From: an uncultured Clostridia bacterium
GTDB taxonomy: Bacteria > Bacillota > Clostridia > TANB77 > CAG-508
Reading direction: 5' to 3'
Length of the DNA: 64,000 nucleotides
Assembly: GCA_944387445.1 (NCBI GenBank)
Contig: CALXEX010000002.1
Location: 28,290 to 92,289 of the forward strand
Shown here piece after piece: positions 8,468 through 19,163 of the stretch (position 1 is its first letter; every line of letters starts with the position of its first letter). The notes under the pieces were generated by a model that saw only the letters and a list, made by a program, of their open reading frames with translations, made no database searches and was not told where the DNA came from. The position numbers were made by a program, and so were the translations under genes.

Positions 8468-9553
8468 TTATTCATTTACTGTATTGGTTGTTTCAATAAT
8501 ATCTTCTGTTCCTTCGATTTCTACATCCGCGCTTGTTGGGCAAATATTTACAAATGTATTTCCATCATTTACTTGGATTTCATTTCCATTCATATCTTGG
8601 TAAATGGTTTTTTCATCTCTAGCATTTTTTATACATTGAATCTGAATCGCTCTTCCGTTTGTAATATAATATCCATCAAAAGTTCCTATATTTTTTAAAC
8701 CTTGTCTACCTTTGTTTTCTGAGTCTGATAAAGTATAATTATTGCAGAAAGTAATAATGATATTTTTCGTTGTTACAGGTTCTTCTGTATCCCAATCTGT
8801 TTGTTCTTCTCCTCTTGCATATCTTACATATACTTGCTTTTCTTTATCATATTCATAAGTTACTGTTTGTAAATCCGAATGTGGTATTGTAATGGTATCC
8901 GCTACTTGCCCATCTTCTAAATTCACTTCATCTGTTACATAATGTAATACACTTTCTTCTGTCGAAGTTGTTCTATAATTTTTACTTTTTGCTGATTCTA
9001 ATAATTTTTCTGTACTTGTTACAGCATTATGTGGTGCATATTTATCTTTTACTCTCCAGAAAGTTGTTCCATCTTCTGCTATACCATTAATATCATCTAT
9101 ATCGTATTTTTTGATATCACTTTGTGCTTGTGGACTTTGTCCAAAATGTACATATATTGCATCATTTTCCATTGCATAATCTATAAAATAATGTCTGGCA
9201 CTTCTTACTGGTCCTATTTTGTCTAAATCGACACCTTTGAATAATGCCATTAATCTAGTTTCTCCACCTTCTACAATAATTTCATATACCATATATGCTT
9301 GATTCAAACCAGCTTGTGGCCAAGCATCACTATGATTATCAATCATAACAGCAAATGGTCTATCATTCCCACTAAATATTTGTACTTTCTTTTCTTCTTC
9401 TACTGCTACCTGTTCATTATTTTCTTCACCAGAGATGGTTTCTGTATCATTTTTATCTTGCATAATCTTATATGCTAATATCACACCTGCCACAATGATT
9501 AATAGAACTAAAATTACGATTAACAGTTTAACGCCACCTTTTTCTTTTCCCAT
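8468..9553 (-). CDS. DUF3048 (YerB-like) membrane-anchored protein
   Basis: N-terminal TM helix and FAVMIDNHSDAWPQAGLNQAYMVYEIIVEGGETRLMALF. Confidence 0.7.
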   Translation of the reverse strand: MGKEKGGVKLLIVILVLLIIVAGVILAYKIMQDKNDTETISGEENNEQVAVEEEKKVQIFSGNDRPFAVMIDNHSDAWPQAGLNQAYMVYEIIVEGGETRLMALFKGVDLDKIGPVRSARHYFIDYAMENDAIYVHFGQSPQAQSDIKKYDIDDINGIAEDGTTFWRVKDKYAPHNAVTSTEKLLESAKSKNYRTTSTEESVLHYVTDEVNLEDGQVADTITIPHSDLQTVTYEYDKEKQVYVRYARGEEQTDWDTEEPVTTKNIIITFCNNYTLSDSENKGRQGLKNIGTFDGYYITNGRAIQIQCIKNARDEKTIYQDMNGNEIQVNDGNTFVNICPTSADVEIEGTEDIIETTNTVNE

Positions 9554-9635
9554 TTGTTCCTTACATTCCTTTCTTAATAAACAAATCCAGTTGAAAAAGT
9601 TTCAATTTTTCAACTGTATTCCTTCTTGTATTTTT

Positions 9636-10109
9636 TTATCTTAATATATTTAATGCTTTCAATATCTTTTCTTCTTTTGCTCTCATCTCTTTTTTATCTT
9701 CCTCTTGGATATGGTCATACCCCATCAAATGATAAAATCCATGTACTAGCATATAGCTTAGTTCTCTTTCAAAACTATGCCCATATTCTTTTGCTTGTTC
9801 TTCCACTTTTGGTATAGAAATAACAATATCACCTAATACATCTTCACAAAAGAAATCGTTTTCTTGTATTTTTTTATCTAATTCTTCTTTTTCAAACATA
9901 GGAAAAGAAAGCACATCTGTTGGCTTATCTATATTCCTATATTCTTTATTAATACTTTGTATATTTTCAGGATTTGTGAAAGTAACTGTAATATATAATT
10001 TTGAATCTTGTAATCCTTCTTCTTCAAAACATTTATCAAAAACTTTTTCTACAATTGTTTCATAATGATTTTCTTTAATATCTTTATATATAATTTCATA
10101 TTTATCCAT
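9636..10109 (-). CDS. ybeY: rRNA maturation endoribonuclease YbeY
   Basis: HGFYHLMGYDH metal-binding motif. 157 aa. Confidence 0.9.
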   Translation of the reverse strand: MDKYEIIYKDIKENHYETIVEKVFDKCFEEEGLQDSKLYITVTFTNPENIQSINKEYRNIDKPTDVLSFPMFEKEELDKKIQENDFFCEDVLGDIVISIPKVEEQAKEYGHSFERELSYMLVHGFYHLMGYDHIQEEDKKEMRAKEEKILKALNILR

Positions 10110-11324
10110 TTAAGCTACTTCCTTTAATTTTTTCGTATATTTTCCTTCTGATGTATATGCATTTTTCAATTCTTTCATAGCACCATAGTCAATTAATTTT
10201 CTTTTATAATAGGTAATTAATCTGCTATAATCTGTCTTTGTATTACCTTCTCTTATTTTTTTCATATCATTTTTTATAAATAAGATTTCTTTTTGTCTTA
10301 CATATTCAATAAAATTGCTTTCTTTTAATTTGCATACTTCTTTATATTGATTCCAAAAAGCTTTAAATTCTTCTCTTTCTTTTGCGTTCTCCCAATAAAC
10401 TTTTGTAGATAATAACTTCACATGATAATCTTCAAATAAATTCATTAACATACCATATGCCTTTTCTCTTTTGGTAGCTATTTTTGTGTCTTGAACAAGA
10501 ATTCTTGCATCTTTTAAAAGTTTTTCATAACATTGTATAGCAACAATTAATGGCAAACTATGTGTAAACAATTTTCTACTAATACTTAATAGCAAAACAT
10601 TTTTCTCAATATTATCCTTTGTATCTAATTTTCCAACTGTAAAGGTCTCATAATTTTCGTATTCTTTGATAACATCTTTAGCAACTTTGTCATCTCCGAT
10701 TCTTATTTTTAATGATAAAATATTTTGTATATAATCTTCCAATGTATAGAATATTTTTGTATATATCCATTCTTTTGAAGCTTCATAAGTATTTGTCGTA
10801 TCTGCTAATTTGATAGAATAATTCTTTAGAATGCCTTTATACAAGGTATCCATTTTTGAAACATAAAATTGATTATATCTTTCAATTAATTTTTCTTTTC
10901 CAGATAGTTGAACCCCATCATTATCTAATTCTAATAAATATTTTTGTTTTCTATGTTTATATTCTACAAATTCATTTTCTTTCAAGCTAGTTACTTCATA
11001 ATATTTAGATAATGCTTCTTTTTCAAATTCTGAAGCAGTATCATTTTTTACTTTTTTATAGATGGAATCCATTACATATTTGTCTAAAGATTCTAAATAA
11101 GCTTCATAAGCCGTATCATATTTTTTTTCGGTTTCTTTTTGATCATAATTTTCATCATTATTTTGATATGCTTCAAATGCTTTTAATAAACTATTTCTTT
11201 TAATAGAAATTAGCATTCCATTAATTCCAATTTTAGTTGGTATTAACATTTTTGTTAATGTCTTTGTGATTTTATTAAAAAATGTTTTATCTGTTCCTGT
11301 GATTCTCAAACTTTTTTCTTCCAT
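10110..11324 (-). CDS. Hypothetical K/E/Y-rich helical protein
   Basis: 404-aa ORF whose stop abuts the ybeY start, which suggests translational coupling. No family recognised. Confidence 0.5.
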   Translation of the reverse strand: MEEKSLRITGTDKTFFNKITKTLTKMLIPTKIGINGMLISIKRNSLLKAFEAYQNNDENYDQKETEKKYDTAYEAYLESLDKYVMDSIYKKVKNDTASEFEKEALSKYYEVTSLKENEFVEYKHRKQKYLLELDNDGVQLSGKEKLIERYNQFYVSKMDTLYKGILKNYSIKLADTTNTYEASKEWIYTKIFYTLEDYIQNILSLKIRIGDDKVAKDVIKEYENYETFTVGKLDTKDNIEKNVLLLSISRKLFTHSLPLIVAIQCYEKLLKDARILVQDTKIATKREKAYGMLMNLFEDYHVKLLSTKVYWENAKEREEFKAFWNQYKEVCKLKESNFIEYVRQKEILFIKNDMKKIREGNTKTDYSRLITYYKRKLIDYGAMKELKNAYTSEGKYTKKLKEVA

Positions 11325-11337
11325 TTATATCATCCCT

Positions 11338-12522
11338 TCAAAACACAATTTTTTCATTTGTCCCTATATTTTCTAGCACTTCGTATGTCACATAAACATC
11401 GATACTATTCTCATGTTCATATGTATTTATATTTTTATTGACAATATTTTCTTTGTTCTCTATTTTTCTTTCCAATTCTTCTTCTATTTGTTGTATCCCT
11501 AAGTTTTTAGCTTCTTCTACAGAATATATTTTTTTCTCTTCCTCATATTCTTGATAAGTCGTTTTTATAACAGAAATTGGTAAATACAAATTAGAAAACA
11601 ACCTTATTTTATTTTCAATTTCTATTGTATCATAAAATTTAAATTTTGAAACCCCTTTCGAAAAATTTATTTCAAAATTATTAATTTTTATTCCAAAATG
11701 ATTTTCAGAATTTCCTGTATGCCTTCTTTCCGTAGTTGTATATTCAATTGTCTTATGTTCTGTATACCAAACCTTTGCTTCTATTTCTCCTTTAGCATGT
11801 ACATATCGAATGCCTGTATATTTTCCCTCCATCCATCCATTAATTAATACATCACCAACACTTACTGTATCTCCTACTTTTACATTAGCCGTTCCATCTT
11901 GTGCATTTATTTTGGTAATCACGCCATTTTTATTTGAAATAATATTACAATATTCATCCTCATTAACAATTTCTGGTTTTTTTTCAGCTTTTACTAATCT
12001 AACTATGGCATTTGTTCCTTTTAATTCAATTCCCATCCATGCAATATCATCTCTTTCTAATCTTACCTTATTAATAATTTCTTTTGCATTAATATCATTT
12101 TTTGATTTTCCAATTGTTAATCCTGCTTCTTGAATATCTTCCATAATATTTTCAATTTCCAGTCCATTTTCTTCTATAATTTCAATATTCCATACAAAAT
12201 GAGAGCTAGAAAAAATGACTAGAAAAATTAATATTAAGAACAAAGCAAATATTTTTCTTTTCTTATATCTATTAAGAAAAAATGGTAACCCTCTTTTTGC
12301 TTTTATTTTTACTTTGCATTGGGTCTTTTTAGCAATTTTACAAATTTCTTTAAAGTTTTTTATCTCTACATTTAATGCTAACTGTATATCATTACTTTTC
12401 TTTATATTCCACATCATATAATTTCGATTTCTACAAATATTAATAAATCTTTCAATGTAATAACCTTCTACAACAATTCTCACATAGCCATATATGTAAT
12501 TTATCATTTTTTTAATAATCAT
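11338..12522 (-). CDS. yqfD: Sporulation protein YqfD
   Basis: N-terminus GYVRIVVEGYYIERFINICRNRN and a central TM helix, typical of YqfD. Confidence 0.8.
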   Translation of the reverse strand: MIIKKMINYIYGYVRIVVEGYYIERFINICRNRNYMMWNIKKSNDIQLALNVEIKNFKEICKIAKKTQCKVKIKAKRGLPFFLNRYKKRKIFALFLILIFLVIFSSSHFVWNIEIIEENGLEIENIMEDIQEAGLTIGKSKNDINAKEIINKVRLERDDIAWMGIELKGTNAIVRLVKAEKKPEIVNEDEYCNIISNKNGVITKINAQDGTANVKVGDTVSVGDVLINGWMEGKYTGIRYVHAKGEIEAKVWYTEHKTIEYTTTERRHTGNSENHFGIKINNFEINFSKGVSKFKFYDTIEIENKIRLFSNLYLPISVIKTTYQEYEEEKKIYSVEEAKNLGIQQIEEELERKIENKENIVNKNINTYEHENSIDVYVTYEVLENIGTNEKIVF

Positions 12523-12533
12523 GTACTTCTCCT

Positions 12534-12812
12534 CTAATCTGTTATTCGCTCAAAATCAAAACTTTCAATTTTTCCTGTAACACGTATATCATCATTTGTC
12601 ATCGTTTCTAAATTTAGATTATATCCATTAATACTAATAAGTCCTTTATAAGTACTAATTCTGATAAAAAATTCTTCATATTCTAAAATTCCCTTATAAT
12701 TTTCTATAATCATTTCATCAAACCCTATCAAAGAAATTTTAGGAACATCTGAATATACCTCTTCTGGAATTTCTAATAGTTTATTTAATTTACGCATTCT
12801 ATTCTTTTTCAT
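12534..12812 (-). CDS. yqfC: Sporulation protein YqfC (YabP/YqfC family)
   Basis: LEIPEEVYSDVPKISLIGFDEMIIENYKGILEYEE motif. Internal ATG at 12812 preferred over the track start at 12854. Confidence 0.75.
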   Translation of the reverse strand: MKKNRMRKLNKLLEIPEEVYSDVPKISLIGFDEMIIENYKGILEYEEFFIRISTYKGLISINGYNLNLETMTNDDIRVTGKIESFDFERITD

Positions 12813-12870
12813 CCTTATTATCTGTCCTTTCTGATGATTTTGGGGACAGAACAAAAATCACCCAAAATCA

Positions 12871-13689
12871 TCACTTTTCAAATTCATCTAATGATTTGAA
12901 TTCATATCCCATATTTTTTGCTTCTTTTATAATACTATCTAGAATATTCGTATTGGTTTTTGAATTACCATGTAACAACATAATTTCCCCATTATGAAGA
13001 TTATTTAATATTTTTTCTTTTGCTTTTTCTTCGTTTGGTTGTTTATCTTCATTCCAATCTTCATAAGCAAATGACCACATAACCGTTTTATAACCTAATG
13101 AATTTGTTACTTGTATAGATTTTTCACTAAATTCTCCTTTTGGTGGTCTTATATATTTCATCTCATATCCAAATTTTTCATATACACTTTGGTGTAAATC
13201 CATTACTTCTTTTTTGATTTCTTCTTCTGTTAGACTTGGCATACTTTTATGATTTACTGTATGATTTCCTATGATATGACCTTCATCAATCATTTGCTTT
13301 ACCAATTCTTCTTGTGTATTGATATAATGTGCTGTTAGAAAAAAAGTAGCTTTTACATTATTTTCTTTTAAGATTTCTAAAATTTGACTCGTATAACCTG
13401 CTTCATAGCCTTCGTCAAATGTCAAATAAATTGCTTTTGATTCACTATTTCCTAAAGCAATTCCATTATTTTCTTCTAGTACTTTTCTATTCTCAATCCC
13501 CAAATCTGGTTGTTCATGATTATCATTTCTTTTTATTCCCCATTCTATTTTTTTCGTGTGAACAGATTCTGCATTTGTATTGATAAGCTTACCTTGCTGA
13601 ATTTGTATAGTTGTCAATGAGATAACAGCTACCAATAATACCATTATTGCTAACTTTTTTATTCGCTTTTCTTTTATCATATTATGCAT
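12871..13689 (-). CDS. Polysaccharide deacetylase, PdaA-like (delta-lactam-biosynthetic de-N-acetylase type)
   Basis: YLTFDEGYEAGYT and GNHTVNHKSMP NodB-type motifs. N-terminal signal/TM segment. Confidence 0.8.
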   Translation of the reverse strand: MHNMIKEKRIKKLAIMVLLVAVISLTTIQIQQGKLINTNAESVHTKKIEWGIKRNDNHEQPDLGIENRKVLEENNGIALGNSESKAIYLTFDEGYEAGYTSQILEILKENNVKATFFLTAHYINTQEELVKQMIDEGHIIGNHTVNHKSMPSLTEEEIKKEVMDLHQSVYEKFGYEMKYIRPPKGEFSEKSIQVTNSLGYKTVMWSFAYEDWNEDKQPNEEKAKEKILNNLHNGEIMLLHGNSKTNTNILDSIIKEAKNMGYEFKSLDEFEK

Positions 13690-13893
13690 TTCCTCCTCTT
13701 GATTTCTTTTGTTTAATTTTATGAATCATATTTTAAATTATTCCTTCACTATAAACATCTGTTATAAATCAGGAAAATCGGACAAAATTTTATTTCTGGT
13801 TACATACAAAAAAAGAGATACTAATTTCTTAATATCTCTAATTTTATATTTACTTTTACTTACAATAATAATTGTCACTAACATTGTACTCTT

Positions 13894-14388
13894 TTATTTC
13901 TGCAATAAATTATTTTGTTCTAAGTACATCATTAATTTGTAGAAATGTTTATCCCTACTCTTTACAAATATCTTTTGTGTATCTTGCATATTGATTTCAA
14001 TTTTGTCGCCAGATAAACCTGTTCGACTATATCTATGATACCATTTTACATCTACTATATCACTTACACTATAATCAAAAACTTGTCCTTGTTCATTTTT
14101 ATATTTTATTTGATTACCATTAATGGATAATTCAAAATTTATAATTCTATTATAATGATGATGTAAAAATAAAAAAAGAAAGATTATAATAATCATAACA
14201 ATAGCTATTATATTTGAAATTAATTCTGATATTGGAAATAATCTTGAAACAGCTAATATTACTAAAAATGGTATACTTTCAAAAAGTAAATTAAGAAAAT
14301 TTTTAGCATGACAGTTAATATTATCTATTTTCCCTATTTTTTCTACATCTTCTATATCATAAAATGAAATTTTATTTTCTCTTTTCAT
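13894..14388 (-). CDS. Hypothetical membrane protein
   Basis: 164-aa ORF with two TM helices followed by a soluble domain. Confidence 0.45.
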   Translation of the reverse strand: MKRENKISFYDIEDVEKIGKIDNINCHAKNFLNLLFESIPFLVILAVSRLFPISELISNIIAIVMIIIIFLFLFLHHHYNRIINFELSINGNQIKYKNEQGQVFDYSVSDIVDVKWYHRYSRTGLSGDKIEINMQDTQKIFVKSRDKHFYKLMMYLEQNNLLQK

Positions 14389-14423
14389 AGAATTTATTTT
14401 CTCCCTTTACAACAACTTGCTAG

Positions 14424-14738
14424 CTATCTGATACATTCTAAATAGTCAATCTTCTTCCCTTCTGCTTTTGCATATTCAATTTCATTTTTAGTACTTTCTC
14501 CAATATATCCACCAACATTAATTACATAAATTTCATCAGACATATCTATTTTTTGCTTATGCATTTCATCTAACATTTTCTTAGTTTTTTCGTCTATATC
14601 CTCTTTTTTTATATTATTAAAAAAATTAGGTGTTAAAACAATATTTCCATCTAATGTAAGTTTTTCTTGAACTCTCATAAATTCATCTTTAAATTTGATT
14701 GAGCCACATAGAGCTATTATTTTATATTCATGCATCAA
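14424..14738 (-). CDS. Small nucleoside 2-deoxyribosyltransferase-like fold protein (tentative)
   Basis: KIIALCGSIKF...VINVGGYIGESTKNEIEYA pattern. 104 aa. Confidence 0.35.
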   Translation of the reverse strand: MMHEYKIIALCGSIKFKDEFMRVQEKLTLDGNIVLTPNFFNNIKKEDIDEKTKKMLDEMHKQKIDMSDEIYVINVGGYIGESTKNEIEYAKAEGKKIDYLECIR

Positions 14739-14930
14739 TTTTAACTACTCACTTTCTTTTTTATTAGTTCATTATAAAAGGCAGGAAAGAGATACAGAAG
14801 GTATCTCCTAAACACATAGAAAAACAAGTTTTCTAGTCCTCTACATTCAGTAAGATAATACAGAGAAAATACAGAGTTCCCACTTCGGTATATTGTTAGT
14901 TTTCAATATATTTCATTAATACTTCTTGTA

Positions 14931-15183
14931 CTAACAATAGAATTTCACTTCATCATCACCATATTTTTCTCTCCATTTTGAAACGATTTTTAAATAATAT
15001 AATGGTACTATCTCAAGTAATCTATTTAATTCTCTTTCGGGAATGCGTCCATTATTATTAGCTAAAATACAACCTCCTGCTTTTGTAAGCCATACTTTTG
15101 TTGAATTTGGTGTTGGCTTTCCTTTTGAAATATGAATAGGTTCACTATTTTCATTTGACCAAAAATAAATTTTATATCCGCAT
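14931..15183 (-). pseudogene. DUF4160 family gene, frameshifted at codon 2
   Basis: The minus strand reads ATG C GGA TAT AAA. Removing one base gives MGYKIYFWSNENSEPIHISKGKPTPNSTKVWLTKAGG...KWREKYGDDEVKFYC. As written, ATG CGG ATA TAA terminates immediately. Confidence 0.5.
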
Positions 15184-15196
15184 TATTTCTAAAATA

Positions 15197-15481
15197 CTAG
15201 GCAAATTTAAGTCCCCCTTCTCTTGCATATTTAAAGAATAAATGAGCACCTTTTTCTACTGTTTCTCTAAATTCTTTTATCTCTTCTTCGCTGTAATTTC
15301 CATCTTGCTCTACTATCTCATAACTTGGAAGTTCAAAAACCACAGTATCAAAACCATTTTCTGTTGGTCTTTCAAAAGAAACTCTTATATATTCTTCTCC
15401 ATTATCTTTTTTTCTAATATCTGAGAAAACGACTAATGTTTCATCAGGATATTTAGCAAATTCATACACCATTACTGTCAC
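15197..15481 (-). CDS. Hypothetical acidic protein
   Basis: 94-aa ORF immediately upstream of the DUF4160 remnant. Confidence 0.45.
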   Translation of the reverse strand: MTVMVYEFAKYPDETLVVFSDIRKKDNGEEYIRVSFERPTENGFDTVVFELPSYEIVEQDGNYSEEEIKEFRETVEKGAHLFFKYAREGGLKFA

Positions 15482-15816
15482 TCTCCATTCTTTCTAACTT
15501 TATTATTAATTAATCAAATTTATTTAAAATGCTTGTCCTCTATTTTATAAAAATTAGTTTTTTCTTATATACTACTATTAGTATAGCATAATTTTCCTAA
15601 AATTACTATATTTTGGTATCACTTAAAAATTTTTATTTTATTGAATTTTAAAGTGTCATTTAAAGTGTCATTAAAGTGCCAATTTTTAATGTCATTATCA
15701 ATATTGCTCTAAATAGGCTATATTTTACCTCTAAAAAAGAGATACTATTGTTCGTATAGTATCTTTTTATTTACTATATATGAGTAATTAACCTCATACT
15801 TTATAGCTGTATCAAC

Positions 15817-16449
15817 TTAAATAAGCTTTTCTACTATATAAGGTAATTCTTTGAATGTATTAATGTAATATTTTGCATTTAAATTCTTCCCAAATCCATA
15901 TTTTGCTTGTATAAATGGTATTTTAGCTAAATCTGAAGCTTCCATGTCTTTTTGGGTATCTCCTACATATACAGCTTTATCTAATTTATAATCATCTATT
16001 ATCTTTTTTATTGCATCAGCCTTTGAAATTCCAAGTTCGCTAGCAGCAATATAATCTTTAAAATAATTATTTAACTTAGCTGATGTTAAAAACGCTTCAA
16101 TATACTCACTTTTTGATGTATTGCTAACAATAAATAGTTCATATTTTTTTCTCAAACTTTCTAGAGTTTCTTTTAAATTTGGATATATATTACCTCCATA
16201 TTCTTTTAGATTTTTTATATTTAAAATTTCAATTTCATCTAATAAACTTAAAGATTGATTCAATTCAAGATATGGAAAATATAACTGTGCTACTTCAAAT
16301 TTATTTAGTCCAAATACTGCACAGATTGTTTCCATAGATATTTCTTTTAATTTATGTTTTTTCGCAATTTTATTTGCACTTTCAAACGTTGAATTTTTCA
16401 CTTCCCATAACGTTCCATCTAAATCAAATAATATTCCATTTTTCTTCAT
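15817..16449 (-). CDS. HAD-superfamily hydrolase (phosphoglycolate phosphatase-like)
   Basis: FDLDGTL motif I and VGDTQKD motif IV. ATG at 16449 sits behind AAAGGTG. Confidence 0.75.
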   Translation of the reverse strand: MKKNGILFDLDGTLWEVKNSTFESANKIAKKHKLKEISMETICAVFGLNKFEVAQLYFPYLELNQSLSLLDEIEILNIKNLKEYGGNIYPNLKETLESLRKKYELFIVSNTSKSEYIEAFLTSAKLNNYFKDYIAASELGISKADAIKKIIDDYKLDKAVYVGDTQKDMEASDLAKIPFIQAKYGFGKNLNAKYYINTFKELPYIVEKLI

Positions 16450-16944
16450 AATTTTCACCTTTCTTATTATTTTTCTGCTAATATTTTACCTCTTACCTTC
16501 ATCACCAATGTTAATTAGTTCTTTATATAAGTATGAATAACAATTTATTGCTGATTTTTTTAATTCTGTCTCATTTATAAAGTCTTTGCATACACATACT
16601 ATTTTTTCCATTTTATCTACTTTTTATTAGCATATCATAAATTATTTAACAAGTTGGTATTTCTCCCTTATCAAACAATATATATACAGTTTAGCATAAA
16701 TCCAATAAAAATACTATGCTTTTTTTAATTAAAATTTCTTTGTACAAGATGGATATAACACAATTTATTTCACTAACATTATTTAGTCATATTACCCCTT
16801 CTCCTTACTAGAAAAATTTGCAACGATAGTATTGACAAGATGATTATTTTAGAATATATTGTTGTTACTGCTGGAAAAATAAGGTAATTATTTTTTTGTT
16901 GTCGAAACTTATCATTTCACTTAATTAAAGGGGGATACGATTAT

Positions 16945-17661
16945 ATGTTAAATTTTGTAATTTGTGATGATAATGTAAATATTTTAGATAGATTAGAAAA
17001 ACTTTTAGAAACTATATTTGTAAAAAATAATCTTGATGGTCAAGTATCCTTTAAATTTAATAAATTTGAAGATTTATTGGCATGTTTTGACAATGAAAAT
17101 CAAATTGATGTGTTATTATTAGATATTAATTTAAAAGCTCAGAAAACAGGTTTAGATTTAGCAGAAGAAATTAGAAAGAAAGATAAAAATGTTTATTTAA
17201 TATTTACAACTGGTCATTTAGAATATGCTATGATGGCTTATAAATACAAAACTTTTGATTATCTAGCAAAACCAATTACTTATGAAAGATTAGAAGACAC
17301 CGTTAAAAGACTTTTTGATGATATTTATGGATTACCAAAGAAATATATTAAAATTGATAATAAAGATACACTTGTTGATGAAACGCAAATTCAATATATT
17401 AAAAGAGATGGTATGAAATTAAATTTTCATACCTCTTCTCGTGATTATGAATCTTATAGTTCTTTTAATAAAATTCAAGATAAATTACCAGATAATTTTG
17501 TAAGATGTCACAAATCCTATATCGTTAATTTAGATAATATTAAAAATGTGGATCCTGTTGCTTTAACTGTGTATTTTGATAATGATACATTTTGTAGCAT
17601 TGGACCTAAATATAAAAAAGAATTTATGGAGGTTATAAAAAATCATGGAATTATTGAATAA
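16945..17661 (+). CDS. LytTR-family response regulator (AgrA-like)
   Basis: Receiver domain (VLLLDINL) followed by a LytTR DNA-binding domain (FVRCHKSYIVNL). Confidence 0.85.
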   Translation: MLNFVICDDNVNILDRLEKLLETIFVKNNLDGQVSFKFNKFEDLLACFDNENQIDVLLLDINLKAQKTGLDLAEEIRKKDKNVYLIFTTGHLEYAMMAYKYKTFDYLAKPITYERLEDTVKRLFDDIYGLPKKYIKIDNKDTLVDETQIQYIKRDGMKLNFHTSSRDYESYSSFNKIQDKLPDNFVRCHKSYIVNLDNIKNVDPVALTVYFDNDTFCSIGPKYKKEFMEVIKNHGIIE

Positions 17662-18991
17662 TATATGGAATGCGTTAACAATGCCTAATGAATATTTAAT
17701 AAGTATACTTTCTATACCATTTACAATAATCGAAACTGCTTTACTCATGTTTCTTTTTATATCTATTCTAGATATTAAATCTAATTTAAGAAACAAAATA
17801 TTATATATTTCTGTAATCAGTATCATTAGTATCTTGAGTAATTTTCTACTTACAAGTCCCTTCAATTTAATAATTAACTATACTTTTATGATTATCTTTA
17901 TACACTTGTTTTTCAAAACAAATATATTTAAAACCATAATAGCTTTTATTATTCCAATCATAATTTTTGCATTAATAGGTATGTTTATAATGAATCCTTA
18001 TCTATCTATAACAAATATTTCTTTTAATTCTTTATCAACAGTACCTTTATATAGAATAACCTATGTCTTTTTACAATACATGATTGCTTTTGCAATTTAT
18101 ATATTTTTCAAGAAGAAACACCTTTCTTTAAAAATCTTTGATGAAATTGACAAAAAGAATAAAAAGATAATTTATGCTAATTTACTATTTGGTATATTTA
18201 CTCTTTTAATAGAAGCAATTATTACCGTTTATTATATAGATAATCTTCCATTAATTATAACCTTTTTAAGTTTCTTATCTATGTTGGCATATTTTTCAAT
18301 AAGTATTTATAGCTTAACAAGAGTCATGAAATTAGCTTCTACAACACAAAAATTACAAAATGCGGAAGAATATAATAAAACATTAAGTATCTTACATGAT
18401 AATGTAAGAGGTTTCAAACATGATTTTGATAATATTGTAACAACCATTGGTGGATATGTAAAAACAAATGATATGGAAGGATTGAAAAAATATTATGTGC
18501 AACTTGAAGATGATTGTCAAAAAGTAAACAATTTATATGTTTTAAATCCTAAACTAATAAATAATCCTGGCGTTTACAATTTACTAACCACTAAATACCA
18601 TGAAGCTGAAGAAAAAGGTATAAAAGTGAATATGTCTCTTTTACTAGATTTAAGTAAACTAAATATGAAAATATATGACTTTACTAGAATTTTAGGTATT
18701 CTTTTAGATAATGCAATTGATGCCAGTAACGAATGTGAAGAAAAAGTAATAAATATTATTTTTAGGGATGATGCTAAAAATCATAGACAACTCATTGTTG
18801 TAGAAAATACATATGCAGATAAAAATGTTGATACTGAAAAAATATTCAATAAAGGTGTTACTGGAAAAGATAATCATACTGGATTAGGTTTATGGGAAGT
18901 TAGAAAAATTTTAAATAAAAATAAAAACTTAGATTTATTTACTACAAAAAATGAAAAATACTTTTCTCAACAAATTGAAATATATTATTAA
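17645..18991 (+). CDS. AgrC-like sensor histidine kinase
   Basis: Six or more N-terminal TM helices, H-box FKHDFDN, and a GHKL ATPase region (LLDNAIDA, GLGLW). Overlaps the regulator gene by 17 nt. Confidence 0.8.
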   Translation: MELLNNIWNALTMPNEYLISILSIPFTIIETALLMFLFISILDIKSNLRNKILYISVISIISILSNFLLTSPFNLIINYTFMIIFIHLFFKTNIFKTIIAFIIPIIIFALIGMFIMNPYLSITNISFNSLSTVPLYRITYVFLQYMIAFAIYIFFKKKHLSLKIFDEIDKKNKKIIYANLLFGIFTLLIEAIITVYYIDNLPLIITFLSFLSMLAYFSISIYSLTRVMKLASTTQKLQNAEEYNKTLSILHDNVRGFKHDFDNIVTTIGGYVKTNDMEGLKKYYVQLEDDCQKVNNLYVLNPKLINNPGVYNLLTTKYHEAEEKGIKVNMSLLLDLSKLNMKIYDFTRILGILLDNAIDASNECEEKVINIIFRDDAKNHRQLIVVENTYADKNVDTEKIFNKGVTGKDNHTGLGLWEVRKILNKNKNLDLFTTKNEKYFSQQIEIYY

Positions 18992-18995
18992 AAAA

Positions 18996-19027
18996 ATAGA
19001 TATGAATTAAATCATATCTATTTTTTT
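18996..19027 (+). terminator. Intrinsic terminator after the kinase gene
   Basis: ATAGATATGA-ATTAAA-TCATATCTAT hairpin followed by TTTTTTT. Confidence 0.7.
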
Positions 19028-19163
19028 GTGCAACGCTATTTTCTTATTGAATAGAAAAAACAGCTTTCAAAAGCTGTCTTATATTGGATTGTAAATATAT
19101 ATAACTTTTTAAGTTATATATGGATAGGCAAAAATAATTTTTCGTCCTATTTTTGCCAAGTAA

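Noticed and set aside
16486-16611. 41-aa minus-strand ORF (MEKIVCVCKDFINETELKK...) next to the agr locus
   Set aside because: It has no SD and no recognisable Spo0E, AgrD or other small-protein motif. Not enough support.
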